Shown one piece after another: positions 37,125 through 51,331 of a stretch of DNA of 64,000 nucleotides. The position numbers and the translations under genes are program-made. How positions within the stretch are numbered: the first letter of the stretch is position 1; every line of letters starts with the position of its first letter. The notes under the pieces are model-generated. The model did not search any database and was not told where the DNA came from. It saw only the letters and a program-made list of their open reading frames with translations. Source of the DNA: Massalongia carnosa (Eukaryota); the NCBI GenBank assembly GCA_965645245.1, contig OZ287067.1, forward strand, positions 1,178,001 through 1,242,000. The letters are read 5' to 3'.

Positions 37125-38538
37125 TCAGGTCATGCCTAGTGGCACAGTCATGGTCGCTCCCTTCGAGGAGGCAGACTCTTCGTTCGCAGTCACCATTGAT
37201 GTACGGCCACCGTTTGTATTTCCTACAGGGGCCGAGTCTCCGGCATGTTGTATCCTTAAAGTTGTTTCCGCCTTGGCTTGCTTCTGGATGACCGGGAGGC
37301 TGCGACGTCGAGCATTGATGAACCAGTTGCTTATCTGCTACACTTGTTAGCGACCATGTTTTAGGCTCGGCCAAGCGCATTTACTTTACGTACTTGGCCA
37401 ATTGCCAGGCCGGTTTCATGCATGAGCATCTGCTTTTCATGCTCGGTTGGATATGGATGCGCAATATGCTCGTTGAACCACCGTCTCAGTCGATCGGTGA
37501 CCGGTTTGGGAAGATTTCCACGGCGTTTCTTCGGTTTCTGCTGGTCTTCCTCCTCGGTTTTTTCGTAATCTACATATGCCACCGGGATGCCATTCGGCGG
37601 GTATGGATAGGCAGCGACATTGGTACCGGAAAATGAACTTTGACCCATCCGTGGGTCATAGACTCCTCCAAAAGAACCGTCTGGACGTTGCTCGTGGAAG
37701 TCCTCCTCTAGATCATAATTATCGATTGTGTCGCCCAGATTAGCGTTCATGGGAGGTAATTGTTGCCCGTATGGTACAGTTTCGATTGAGTTACGGATAT
37801 TGTTGTTATTTATAAGAGGGAGTACTTGCCCGTACGGTGCGGTTTCGATCGAGTCACGCGAATGCATGTTCATAGGAGGTAGTCCTTGGGTGAAACATGG
37901 CGACTGGACACCAGGAAGACATTGCGGCAATGGAGGCAGACTTCGCCTATCAGGCGAGTTCCCATTGGTTGGGCCTGGCATGTCTGGCGAGCGCATTCCA
38001 GGCAGGTAAGTTAAGGTAGGGCTTGAACGTTTGGATCCTGGAAAAGTGATGGCTGTTGATGCTGAGACTTGACTTTCACGTCGCTCAGAGAAGCTTGTAA
38101 TGGAGGGCGAGCGGCTGATTCGGTCAGCTGTGCTTGGCAGCTGTATTGTTCCATTCAATTCGCTTGAATACTGCGTTCCTTGCATTGCTTTGAGTGGCTG
38201 AATGTGCGCAAGCTCGGCTGGCGGCGATGCTCGGGGCCTGTTAGGGTGCAGAGATTTGCTGGCCGAAAACTGAACGTTGTCTTCTGGGCCTCTGGGACCG
38301 TGATAGCAAGATTGCATGGTTAAGCCACCCGATGTAGGGGTTCCCTCCCTTATGGCTGGAATGGCCTACAGATTGAGACTCGTCAGGAGGCCTGTCCAGC
38401 TACCTCTCGCGCTGAAGGGGATATAATTACCTCGTGTAAGGATGGTAATCTGTCATGTTGCGAAAATGAGTATGGACTCAGTCCTTCGTGGGCACGATAA
38501 TCTCGATGTTCCGGTGAGGGTCTCAGAGGCGGAGGCAT
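37125..38538 (-). CDS. TALE/KN-class homeobox transcription factor, Cup9/Tos8-like (429 aa; exons 38538-38431, 38365-37394, 37334-37125)
   Basis: KKRRGNLPK...WFNEHIAHPYPTEHEKQ...TGL..GQ|ISNWFINARRR, with the PYP three-residue loop extension. Helix 3 is completed by splicing. Confidence 0.92.
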
Positions 38539-40489
38539 GTTAACCGTTTGAGTGCCAGCCGAGGTGCTGTTAGAAGAATTAGTGAGAAAATGACTTTCAA
38601 TCGACCACGACCAACTCGAACGCTGACGGCAGGTCAAAGAACGATAGCTTCGGGGCAAAAGCGTCTCTGGATCACTATAAGCGTGAAGGAAGTGAAAGCC
38701 AACGGCCCATCGTGAAGACCGTGCACGTCGTAGTTCTAGAAGAGCCTGCAAACATTGTCCAAGCGTCCAGACGGATCAAACAGCTGAAACATAGGTGCTT
38801 ACCAGTTGTATAAATATTTGTAAGAGTACTCAACTGATTCTCAACAGTTAACCCTTGTTTTATAAAGAAGGCGTGAAGAACCCAGTGGTCTGTAAGCTCT
38901 CTCGCTAAGGAAGTCGTGTCGTATAGATACAGTGATATGCGAGAGAAGTATATATTTAAACTGTCGGCCGAGAGAAGATGTTGATGGGTAGATGTGGAGG
39001 AGCTCGATATGCTCAATAAGTGACAGAAGACAGATAGAAGCACGGCTAAGATTGCCAAACACAGTTGCATGGGAGAAGAAAGTTTGTATCTTAGATAGAT
39101 AAGTGGGAAGGAGCTTTCACCCCGGCACACCACAGCTCACGAAGCTGTTTTGCCTTTTTGACAGATATATCCAGATAACAGGATATGAAAGGTGTTTTTG
39201 TTAATGCGCTGAAGAAGTTGATTATCTGGGATTGCTCGCCGATAGTGCGTATGTGAACCTAAATCGTTCCAAAGCCCTGGGTGGGATTTTCCAACTGGCG
39301 TAGAAACCAGAAACGATGATTTATCAACGCTCCTTCCACATGATTTGTCCAGAAACTTCAACTTGTTCGGAAAAGATTTGATATGGTGGGCGTGGTGGCT
39401 TTCATATATCTCTGATGCCGTCGTGTGGCATTTATTATAAAATAGTCTGAGACTGGCTAAGGCGCTTCCATTTGCGCCATGATACTCTTCATTCTTGCCT
39501 CATCCATCTTTTCCCAAGGTCCATATCTTCAGGGTTCATCCATCGATTCGTGTGTCTTGGAGGCACAACAAGCATGGGCCATGTGCAATCGATCGTCATC
39601 ATTTGGCCTTCGGCGCCACCAACCAGGTAGGCACGCCGAGGGGCATTTGACATAGATGCCGCAGCTGTCATGCTAAAATAGGTTCGACAAGGGTCCAGGG
39701 AGGAGGATGGGGGCAAGAGTGTGGACAAAAGAACGAAAGCCGACGGAGCGGTGGACAAGTACGAGTGTTGAAGTGTCGCGGTAAGCCAGAAGCCCTACTC
39801 ATCGGAGTGACAGGACTGCCCAAGAAGGCCCTGCTAGGAGAGACCAGAAGGTATGGGGGTGGCTCCCAGGCGAGTTAGTTTCCAGCCTAATTGTGTCAGC
39901 AGCGGGCACCGGCGAATTAGATGCAGCATCGAGCTCGAGCGAAATAGGCGTCAGGGCTTGTGTTGGACTGATTTTGAGACCATGGACCGATTGACTCGTT
40001 CCAAATATTTTGGTTGATCTTTCTCAAAGTGGAAATATTTTGATTATGTGTATATTGATAATGATCCTATGTATCCATCTTTCCTTCAAACGGAGAAGGT
40101 ACTTACTAATTTACGTAGGGTCAACGGCATAACAGCGTTTCTATCCCTATAGTACAAGGGTTGTAATCTGAGACATAGTCCAAAGTACCATACAGTAGCA
40201 TACATAATATTTTGGCTAGTACTTTATACGCATACCAAATGTACACCTCCGGCACACATTACAGGCGCCGCCCAATCGGACCTCAATTTAAGGCAAGTCA
40301 TCCCCTCGTCCGTACAGAGAACTCTGCACATGCTATTAGGTTCAGCCCCGTCAAACGTTCCAAGAGCTGGGCAAGACAGCATCGAGGCCGCAAGTCTGGC
40401 TGGATCTAGACCGAGACCTCGCCATTCATGGGCACACTTCAGCTATGGCACATCATAACATGTTGTTCACTGGAACAGATTAAGAATGT

Positions 40490-40527
40490 GGAGCCAGGAG
40501 CCAGAAGCCAGGAGCCAGGAGCCAGGA
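40490..40527 (+). repeat. Tandem heptamer repeat (GGAGCCA) x about 5
   Basis: The sequence reads ggagcca ggagcca gaagcca ggagcca ggagcca gga. Confidence 0.9.
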
Positions 40528-43118
40528 TCCTCTCTGTACTGTAAAGCATCATGAGACTGGCATGATGCGTGATGATGGAAAAATAAATTGAAATCATCTT
40601 TTGGCTCAAGCTTCATTCCACAAAAACTGCTCCATTTCTACGTATGTATACGCTTTGCTTATATGGTACTCAATATCGACGGCTAACAATTGACCGACTT
40701 GAGAGGCAAATATAACTTCAATCACTTTCTCTTACCTTATGAAAAGCCGCTTCACCCGGAGTGGTAACGACTTCTTGATGAGCCTCGCGCGGCCGAAGAT
40801 AAACAGGCCACGATCATATGGCGCCTCTTAGGCTAGAGCGCAGAGTTAAAACCACCACATGGCAAGGAAGTCGGCACTCCGCAAAGTAGATTCTTTTTTC
40901 CTTGTCGACTTCGTGCCGGAGTCTCAGGGTTTGTGAAGTCTTCTACGTAGATAACAGAGTTATCATGAATCATGACTTTGGTATTGGCCTTGATTTGTTT
41001 CCATACGGAAACAAATACCCAAGCGGCGATAATTACAAAATCGGCCAATTCTAGGAGTGTAGTTACCAAGGATTAGAGGGCTCGGGCTTCTTGTAAATGC
41101 CAGTCATCGCTCGGAAGTCCATCCGACAGAAAAAAAAGAACGCACGACCAAGATCCACGCTCACACGTGTATCCGTTGTCACTTGATGATAGCCAATCAA
41201 ACCGCTGATTCAGGTAAACTAACCAAGTTTAGAAAGAGATCCGCATCGAGCGGTTCACTGCCATATCTCAGGAAAACCCCCTTACTTTCGGAAAGAGCTA
41301 GTCAGATTGGGCTTAATTAGGTGTGTAAAAAACCGTCGTAGACTGATCGCTCCTTTTAACTCTTTGCAACAGGTGAATCTTGTGATACCGATCCAAAGAA
41401 AGGCTGGGGGCAGGAGGCTTGAGGCGGGATCTGCGACAGGCCTCCCCTTGAGCCTCAGATAATGCATCCCGATAAGGGTAACGGTAGAGTCACTACTCTA
41501 TCCTCTATGCAGAGGTCGGAACACCGGCAATCCAACTTTGAAGGGAGTGGACATATCAACTCTGTCCAAACGGGTGTACATGTGTTCATACTGCTTGCGC
41601 TTCTCAAGTATGAGGGTTGAATAATATTCTACAGAGGTTCAGGCGATTCCTACGGAGCATTCAACTCTTTGCAATGTCAGCCTGCCGCTGGAAGTAAGGT
41701 TAAGTGCCTCGCACTAGACGAAGGAGAATCATGGTAACTCCTTGATAGGAAGTGATATTCAGGCACCCAAGTACCCAATCCCAACATACCGGTTTGGAAG
41801 ATAAATGATAGTTGGTACCCAATCAAACGGCGGGAAGTGATTACTCCTTAATGTGAAGTTTTTCGGTTTATATTCGACGATGACTCCGACACTTGGATTG
41901 GTTAGGTATTCCCGAAGAAAAGTACCATGCAAAGTAGTCTGTACCTGTATAGAATATAGGTAAAGATAAGATGCCCTCTCCGACCGAACAAATGAGATCA
42001 GCAGAAAAGTCGGGATATGTAGGAGATCGAGTCTCAAGAGTCATTCGTCACCGACTTCTTTCTCCTCGGGATCGGAGATGATTTCGCACCGTCTGATCGT
42101 TCTTTAACTCGATCAAACCAAGGCTGTCGATCGATGGTCTATTTGATTCTCTCGCTGTTCGCCTCATTCCCAACCACTCACCAAGTCCCAATTAGGTTAC
42201 GGGTTCGTTACGGTAACGTGAGTCGATTCATCGTACGTTATACCTCTGTACGGAGTACCGTAATGAACCGTCTTTGCTCCCGGCGTCGGATCAATGTAAT
42301 CGTACGGAGTACAACGATACAACAATGTAAGCCAGGCAACCAATCGTTTTTCGATGCGGTCGATGAGGTCGATGCTGTTCAGCAGAACCTGTATCCGTAT
42401 CGCGTACACGAATCCTTGGTACAGAAAGTATTCCATGACTGCAAATATTCCAACATGATGTACATACCGAGTAGTTAGGGGGAGTGCATCATCAAATAAT
42501 ATCACACGCATTCACATCCCATCGCGGCTGGTCCCGCACCACCCAACCCCAACCCCGAGCACTCATCATGCATCATGACAAGACAAGTAAACACACAAAT
42601 ATAGATAAGATTAACTTCCCCTCCCCCCCTCCAACTTCCCCGGACATTTTTCGATTACTGAACATTAAATATGACATACCCTCCAAAAAACCCCTGGAAC
42701 CCAATTTCGGTGTGCCTGCATCATCTCTTGGCCAATGACTTGATCCGCAATCTGCGCCAACCCGCAGACGCCTGTCAAATCGAAGCCACACGTGCTGAAT
42801 GAGGCATAACGTTAGCCGGCGATTCGGAGCAACGCTCAAGTTACACGCATCGTCTTTGAGCCGAAGCCTAGATCTTACCCTTAACCATCACCGTACACGA
42901 CCTGTGTTCGATCTCTCGATATACATCTGCAAAGGCTTCATCATCGAGCATTTCCGTCTGATTGCAGGCCGAAGCATTGCTGTGCACGCCCATGACAGCG
43001 TCAAAATGTCTCGTATCATTTACGATTTACATGGCAGCCCTCCACCAGATTGGGCGACCCTCCAATAGCAACCATTACGCGTGCATGTCCATGGAGTCGG
43101 TGCTACCGCGATTGGTAG

Positions 43119-43145
43119 GAGAGAGAGAGAGAGAGTGTGTGTGTG
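43119..43145 (+). repeat. Compound (GA)n(GT)n microsatellite
   Basis: Read directly from the sequence. Confidence 0.9.
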
Positions 43146-46022
43146 ATGATGGTTTTTCTTGGCCATGAGACATGTAGGGTTCGGTTTCTAGGCCATGGAC
43201 GATCCTCATTGCGCGAGGCTTGATCCCTCTTTCATCCTGATCACGTCGTTTCTGGAGTTCACGTTAATGCTCACGAGCTATGTGTTCAGGCTAAGAACAC
43301 CGGTTGGCTGTACGCCCGGGTGGTGTGCGAGAATAGTGGAATGTTGGTTCAAAAGCGACGATGGCAGGCATCTCTCTCACCTCTGACTACCAACTACCTA
43401 TATCCAAGCAGATATACTGCCCATCCTACTTACCACGGCTGCTTTAGATGGTTCGATAGGTCTTACGCTAGGCTGCAGGCGCCACCTCGGGCCACTGCAT
43501 ATTAAATCTTGCATGAAACATAATCGGATCTTGGTTGGATCTATCAAGCCATGGTTAACTGGTACATTCCCGCCGTGTGCATATTGTTTCCAGTGGTCCT
43601 ATCCTGTCGAGTGGTCCGCGTCCACAAATGTTCTTATTGCTCCCACTTGCACATCCATCCTACGTCGTTCCGATCGTCACACTCGCGTCGAGATACCTCG
43701 GGTGCCGTTGTGCTAGTTCAACAAAGGTGCATATCGCGTGAGGAGGGCGCCTGGATCCGGGTTCCCTTCCGTGAGCCACATGGATATCTACGCCATCTAG
43801 CCGGGTCCTTTCCACAAGGCATCTTTACATCGCAGGTGGAGCCCCTAGGCTTCTACACAGCGTTCCTCACCAAGCCTTGCGTTCACTGTGCCCATCGCGT
43901 GGTCTACTTCATCCGGACACGATGAGCATTACGGGCGCCACATTGCAGTTCTTCTTCTGCAGCGATCGCTTTCGCACCCGAAGACTTGGCTCGTGCAATT
44001 CTTTACCTCCAATGTCCCGATGCCAGTTCCCCAATGCCCGGGCCTCGAGCTTGGGCGTTCTTTCGAGAGCGTTGGTAACGATGCGGGTACGTAAATGTAA
44101 GACCTTTGTGCCAAAGATCGACACCTTAAATTGCTCCCTAGGGGTGACTTGGGAAGATGGGCGTGTTAATCTCACCATGACCAGTCTGGGAGATCTGCAA
44201 CTTGCCCTATTCGGAGAAATACTCCAGCTGACTGATTTTACCCAAAGCATGTTGCATCAAGGACGTATCGCCGCAGCCAAACCGGGTTTTGCTGGATCCA
44301 AGATGCATGTTGAACGTTGAAACCTTGATTTGCTCTAGTTGCGCAATTAACACACAAACCCCCTGTTTTGAATTTCGAAATCGAGATTTTCCCGATCAGC
44401 GTGGGTCTAGCCAAACGAAAACCCCCACCATTACTCAACCCAAAAACCCCTATTCCACCTCCGTTGCATGTTGGGTGAAGATTTTCAGCTCGGCTCAAAC
44501 CTTGGGAGCCAAATATAACTCCATTCCTTTGCAGTCACCTCATTCATCACAACCATTTTTCTCATCAACCTCAAATATAACCCCTTTAACACATCCTATC
44601 ACCTCAGGCACCATGACATCATTAAAGCAAAACGATCCCTTCGCAACGCTTGTCCATTGAGCGACCGACCAAATGCAGAAACCCCACGCAGCGTTTTCGC
44701 TCACTGTTTCGGATCTCAAAATCTATGGCAACCATCATTCGAGCATCTCCATCAAAACTCTTTTCAATGCGCCCTCTCGATCAAGCTTTAACCTCTGATC
44801 TTCGCTAAAAGCGAATCTTGCATTAAGAGGGGCAGGATATGAGAATGTATCGTCGCTGCTCCTATTTCTCAGATGACGATGGGACTAAGGAGTCTTGCCA
44901 AGGACGACGACAGGGGAATGATATCGAAGGAGATCACTTCGAAGCCTGCCTCGGGTGGATGGGTACCTACGGGCAGATGGAAAACATATAGACACGTCAT
45001 AATGCATCCATAGCACAGAAATACAATAGATATCAAAATATCAAACGAACAAACTTCTCCCAATCCACGCCCCCCCCCCACCCCCACCACCTCCTCACAC
45101 CTCAAAGCCCTAGCTACCTAGCCATACTGCCCCTTTTCCCTCTGCGTTCCTCACAGCCTCCCAAATCAAAAGATCCACCGCACCCCCCAACCCCCGCTCT
45201 GAAGCCTACGATAGATGAACGAATGAATGGGACTCGACCGGTCGGCTAGCTTCGTTTTGTCCGTGCGTCCATTCGTTCGTTTCATCCAACTATCCATCCG
45301 TTCCCTGCGACTTCCCTATTTCCGCACCACCCGCATGTCGGAAAAGAAAGGTAGGAGAGAGAAAAAGAGGGAGGAGGCCGAGTAAACGGAACCGGAAACA
45401 ATCCCCGGGGCAGTGAGATGGTATGTATGTATGTGCGGTTAAGCAAGCACATAACGTATGATATGAGAAAACAAACCCCCCCCCAAAAATAGAGGAGAAA
45501 GCTGGGGAAAACTAGTAGGGGGGGAAGAATAGAAAAGAAGGAAGGAAAAATAGTCGGGAGAAGCGGAAGAAGGAAGGAAATCTTTCTAAAGGAGGAGGAC
45601 CGTGGAATCCGTGGGAAGATTTGATGGAGTGTTGGGATTTTTTGTGGAGGGGAAGAAGAGGAGGAGGGAGCTAGACATAAAGGAAAAAAATACGCAGGGT
45701 GGACGGGAATGGGATGATATGATGAAGCGGAGGAAAAAAAAAGGGGGGGGGGGCGGTGGAAAAATACACGTGATCGATTGGTGAGTTAACAACATAAGAA
45801 GATCCCTCTCCATGTTTTCAGTCACTCCGTATTTAGAGGGGAAAAGTAGACCCGTTCTCTTCCATCTCCTGCCAGCCAGCCTTTGTGAAAAAGTATATCC
45901 TTCATCCCCTATCAAACGCCTTCCGGGGGGGAATGAACCCCAAGCCTGCGCAAATGCCTTAACCCTCCGTCGAACGTTTTCGTCGAAACAAAACCCACAC
46001 GTTCCGTTTCTCATATAACACT

Positions 46023-49000
46023 TCACCCCCTACTGGCAATCCTCTTCCCAGCCACCCTAGCTCCAACCCCCTTCCTCTCCCCAAAATTATGCAACCTTTC
46101 GCCTATCAAATAAACCTCATCTCGAATTCTTTGCCTCCAACCCCGAAAAGCCGCTGCGAATAGATACGATGCGACAAAGAGCAGGCCCAGCGCTAAGACC
46201 GCAGGGTAACTGTACCTGTAAACACAGGTCTGAAACGCTTGGTCAGTGGTTGGGGAAAGCAGATGATTGGCGGCCCAGCCGAGAGCCAGGGGAATCGTGA
46301 GGGCCAGAGACATAAGGAGCGAGGCGGGAAAGATGAAGCTCCTTGTAGCGAGTCTCGCGTCTGGGTTTAGCCAACCGTCACGTACGATGCCTCGGAGTGC
46401 ATCTGCCGGACGGGAGGGTGCGTACCAGATAATCACACGGCCGGCGGTTTTAAGATAGAGAACGCCGAGGGTCCAGTCTTGGATGAAGTGGATGATGTGG
46501 CGATCAGTTGGATTGCCAAAGTATGTGTGCATGGGAATGTTGATATAAAATTCAATGACGAGAGAGATGAGAGACGGAAGTACTACGGCAAAGGAAAAAT
46601 AGGTATAAATGATCCGGAAGAGTCGCCCTGCGTAGACTATGGTTTGCCGAAGAAAGGCAGCGGAATTGGAGTTTGGTTTGGGAGCCAAGGAGGCACGAAG
46701 GATGTTCAGGAGTTGGCGATAGTGAAGAAGGGCGTATAGAAAGCCACCTAAAAGATATAGCCCGATCGAGAAGGCGTAAATGTCATTCATTCGGCGGTGG
46801 TCCGGGATGAGGTTGGCAAAGACTAGCCGGCCAAACACAAGCGGGAGGATCGTAATGCATACACCGGTTGTGGCAGCAAAGAGCCAAATTAGGAGGATGA
46901 ACAGGCTGATACGTACGCGAAAGAACGGTGGTATGTAGACCTTTGAAAACATCTCGTTGTTGCTGCCATGAAGCCCTTGATCCGAATCTGGAAGACCATC
47001 CGCTCTCACACCTTCTTCGGTCACGTCAAGAAATGTATTGACGCCCTTCGGGATACGAACTTGATCCGAGGCTGGTGTAAGGACATAGCGACCGTCCCGC
47101 AAGAAAAAGACCTCGTTGTCTCGACCTTCTGCGAGAACTTGCAGGTCAGGGCCAACCACTGGCTTCTGGGAATCGCCCTGCTTTCGCCATAGCCAGTCCT
47201 TCCATGTGCGGCGAACATGGTGGCCCTCTTCATCTTCTTCCCTTTTTCCAAATAGGAAATGCGTCAACCGTAAGGCTCTAGCACATTTCCGGAACCACCA
47301 ATTGTACATACTGTTCAGCCCAGCCGATGGATTAAAGAATTTGACTGCCACCGGCATTAAAAAATTGTAGAAGAGTAGATCCACAGGAAATTCAAGTACA
47401 GGATCATTAGATGACCAGTGGATAGGGAAGACGGTATCGAATGCAAGGTAGAGCCCCCAGACCACGCCACCCAGGCATAAAATGACCAGAGCTCCATACA
47501 CCAAAGCGCTGAACGCGATTTTTCGGAGTTGAGTAGAAACGCTTCGCTCAAGAACATCGCGGACAGGGTGAAATGTTGCGTCATCAGGATCGCGGATGAA
47601 ATCTAGATGGGAGTTAGCAGATGATTTCCGGAACACTTCAGGGTAAACTTACATAGAACCCCTTTCCGCATAATTTTACGGCACATGGAAACGAAGAGAG
47701 CAAAGTGAAACATGTAACAGGTACCTACAAACCAATGTATGAAGAGAGACGTGTTCGGTGAATTCAAAAGGAAATGGAATCTTGACATGACCGTAACATC
47801 CCCAAAGAGCGGCAGCAATGCTATATCGAGAAGTAGTCCGCAATATAGAGGGAATGCAATCATCTCGATGCTGATAATAAGAATCACCTTCAGGACTCCA
47901 CCGGCTTGATAAAGCACATCAGCAAAGGCACCATCAACTCTCCCTCCGCCGTTCCTGCCCCGGAGTGAAGCGCAAATACGTAGATACACAAGCCCAAGGA
48001 GTGAAAAGAAAACATAGCCAAAGATAATCGCAAGGATACGGTCTTTTGTGTCCCAATATGCTAGGCTAAAGTCAAGTGGACTGGTGCGTTGGGGTATTTT
48101 TAGGTTCACACGGAGAGGATTGATCTTAAATAGCGAAGGCATTAAGTTGATGAGTTGGAGGGTACCTTGGGTAATTAAACTCGACGTGGTTTTTATAAGA
48201 TCGAGGAGACTGGTACTCAGAGAGCGACAGAGCCCTCCAAAACTGAAAGCCTCCATTGAAGAAAGGCCAAGCGCAGCAATGACAGTATCGTAAAACACTT
48301 TGGTGAAACGAGTAAAGCGTAGTTCGATGAGCCGTAAAGACTCATGAGCTATGATCGAGAAAGTCGGAATATCAGACTCGAACACGCTGTCGCCTGTTGA
48401 TAGAAATGTTTTTGCAAGTCGCTCCATTGCATCTTCCGCGTAGCCCATAGCCGTTTCTGCTAGTATTCGATTCTGATTGATTCGACTCAGGGCTGGGACT
48501 ACCCATTCGACAGGGGCACATAAGAACCGGATCACTGTATCTGCCCAGTAAAAAGCACAGCCGGCACCAAAGACGCATAGGTCAATGATCAAATCTGCGC
48601 TTATCGAAGCCCATCGAAGAGGTAACTTGAATAATAGCGAAACCGGATTTGCCAAGAAAACAAGAAATACCTTGCCTGCAATGTAAGGAATCCACATGCC
48701 TAAAAATATTGTCATGGACACGAGAACAGCGCAGAACATGCCATTCTGTATCAAACCAGCGAGGGGCCCTTGCATCCCAACGAGCTCCATGATACCTTCC
48801 AAGTCTTCGCCGTCATCAACAACATCGACACCTTCCGGGATCAGTCCAGCTTGAACGGCGGCTGCAACCACATCTGGATCCTGGGCAGGATTCTCCTCGT
48901 TGTCGGTGTCCTCCATAGGAAGCTGGCCATGCTCTACAGGCACAAAAGGAGCTTCATCAGCTATATTGCGCACAATATGCTCATCGTCTCCGCCTTGCTG

Positions 49001-51331
49001 TTCAATAACGGCTCCTGCTTGATTCATTGGTGAATTTACCCCTCCCCACAGCCAATCCATGAGTTTGTCACCTAGATTAAGATTCACAACAGATATATCT
49101 GGATGATCTGGCAGCAGTGTTTCATTTAAGGAGTCATCGTGTACATGCTCAAAAGCAGAGGGATTCTCTTCTTCGGTTAGATGAAGATCCACAATTTGAT
49201 CAGGCAAGTTAGCAACTTCCGGCGAGCTGTGAAGTTTGTGTTCATCTTGAAAGCCATCGACCAAGTATTCTGGAGGGAAGGGGTTACTCTCATCGTGGGA
49301 CCCAGGTCGTGAAACAGACCTTTGCCTCCAATGACTCTGCTTTGCAACATCACCTACATATGTCTCAAACGTGGAAGGCTTGAGAGATGCGGAACTTGAT
49401 TGATTACTTAATTCATAAAGCTGGTTTGTATCATCCTCTGAAAGCAAGGATAAGGATACATCGGTCGAGTCATGATTCTGCGTCTTTCTCGTTTCCACAA
49501 AATCGTATCCAAAGCTTGGACCCGTTTTTTTTTGGCCCTTTAAGAAGTGTTCGGTAGAAGCAACACGATGAGCTTTATCATGATATTTCTGGTTACCATC
49601 AAGAGACTTGGAGCGGCAAGAGCTGCCTTCCATTTTGTGCTCAATTGCGTTGTCTGAGCTCTCATCTCCCTTGTGAGAACCGGAGGCAAGAAGCGATGGA
49701 TTTTGATCACCATAGGCAGTTGGTGTGTTCTCCAATCTATTCATCGCTGCCACGATCCAACCCAGCTCGTCTCGACGGCCTTCCTCTTCGATGATCCTGA
49801 GAACCTCGCTAGGTTTACTTTCTGCACGGTTCCAGAGGTCCATAAAAACCTTCAGCCCTGGCCAGTCTTTCTGGCCTGATGCTCGAGAATGTTCTTCTAA
49901 AGTCCGTCGGATCTCTGCTGCTCGTGCCAACGTATCCCTGGTGGGCATACCTGGCCTTTGGGGTGAGGTCGATGAACCTGCGACAGATGCTCTGCGGGAA
50001 ATTGGCTCCATTTCAAATTGATCAATACTTTGATAATCTTGGAATCCAGCCTGTGGGACTGAATGAGGCGAGCTTCCGCTTCGGGAGGCCGTCCGCCCAT
50101 TTTGGGTGACATGATCACGATTTTCTTGGTTTGTATCTGTTGGTCTGCGCGCTCGTCGTCGCGCTCGCGGCCTTATCGGTAACCTGGGCCTCAACGCTTG
50201 TTCCGCAGGAGGTTCCCCTTGATTGTCGACTTCGGCAGCCAGCTGGTCTCCATGAGCTTGCCATCGAAACTCTTCTGCGTTGGGACGAGCGAGATGTTCA
50301 ACGACAGGAACGTCTCCTACTGGCGCTACTGCTGGCTCTCCATTCGCAAGTTGTCCAAGGTTGGGTTGCTGTTGCACTACCCACTCCCGAATGAGGAACA
50401 CAAGTATGAAAGCAATGACAACTAATAGCGTGATAAGCTGTCCTTCCAAGGTATCGGTTACTATACCATTGACTGTGGGCGAGCGCGTTAAAGACCTCAA
50501 GAATTTTAAATCAGAAAGCCACGACCCGGAGCGTTGGTTGATATCAGATACACTCCTTGGGATCACTCCAGATGCAGCTGTAGGAATAAGAGTTTCATTC
50601 GCCTGGCGACCGATAGCTCCCATAATCAGTTTCCTTGCCAACTTGAATACTGTAGGTTCTGCAGTAGATAAATTGAAAGTCTTAGAAACCGGGGCAAGAA
50701 ACCGGGGTAAGGAGTTTGCCACATGGTTAAGGACTCCGGAGGCTGCAGAATCCGTAGGCCTTAAAAACTGTATACCTGCTGGACTTGTCCCTTGGGCTGC
50801 GAGTGAATCAAGGTGTTGTTGAGCTACTAACCGCGCTCGCTCTTCCGTTTTTTGCCAATTGATCCAACCGCCGTCGCCAACCCAGAAGAGACCCCTCCAT
50901 ACTGTCCGCATACACCAAGGAAGCCAGGCTACCCAGACGAATAGTACAAGGTGGAATCGCGCCCAGGTGAGGAAGGTTTTCCATGTATGAACAATGGCTT
51001 GGCGTAGAAAGACAGGAAGAGGAACCGCGTTCGGCATATGAGGATGGTAGAGCTTCGTAAATCGAAACGGCGTCTTACATAGCTCACAGTGTTTCTTCTG
51101 CGAATGTGATAGCCACTCCATCAGGCAAGTTTGATGGACAAACTTGATGCTACCGTTGCACTTGCATGGGTAAAACAAGGGCTCGTCCTTTGAACCTTCC
51201 CCTCGACATATCCTACACGTATCCACATCCTCCACGCCAGTTTGCTTTCGCCTCAAATTATTATCATATTTTGGGTCATTCATTAGATCAGATTCTACCG
51301 CCGGATCTAGCGGAAGGCCGATGTCCTGCAT
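46023..51331 (-). CDS. SSM4: ERAD E3 ubiquitin ligase Doa10/Ssm4/MARCH6 (1752 aa; exons 51331-47653, 47602-46023)
   Basis: RING-CH domain CRICRGEG..DEPLFYPCKCNGSIKFVHQTCLMEW...CELCK, the TD-domain motif HWFVGTCYMFHFALFV..CRKIMRKGVL|YFIRDPDD, the C-terminal element IRDEVYLIGERLHNF, and many TM segments. Confidence 0.96.

Noticed and set aside
40776..40800. Hammerhead-like TTGATGAG-stem-CGAAG
   Set aside because: The core deviates from CUGANGA/GAAA, and I found no stems I or III.
42134..44660. ORFs of 100-150 aa in the gene desert
   Set aside because: They overlap on both strands, have no domain motifs or consistent splice model, and many start at non-ATG codons.
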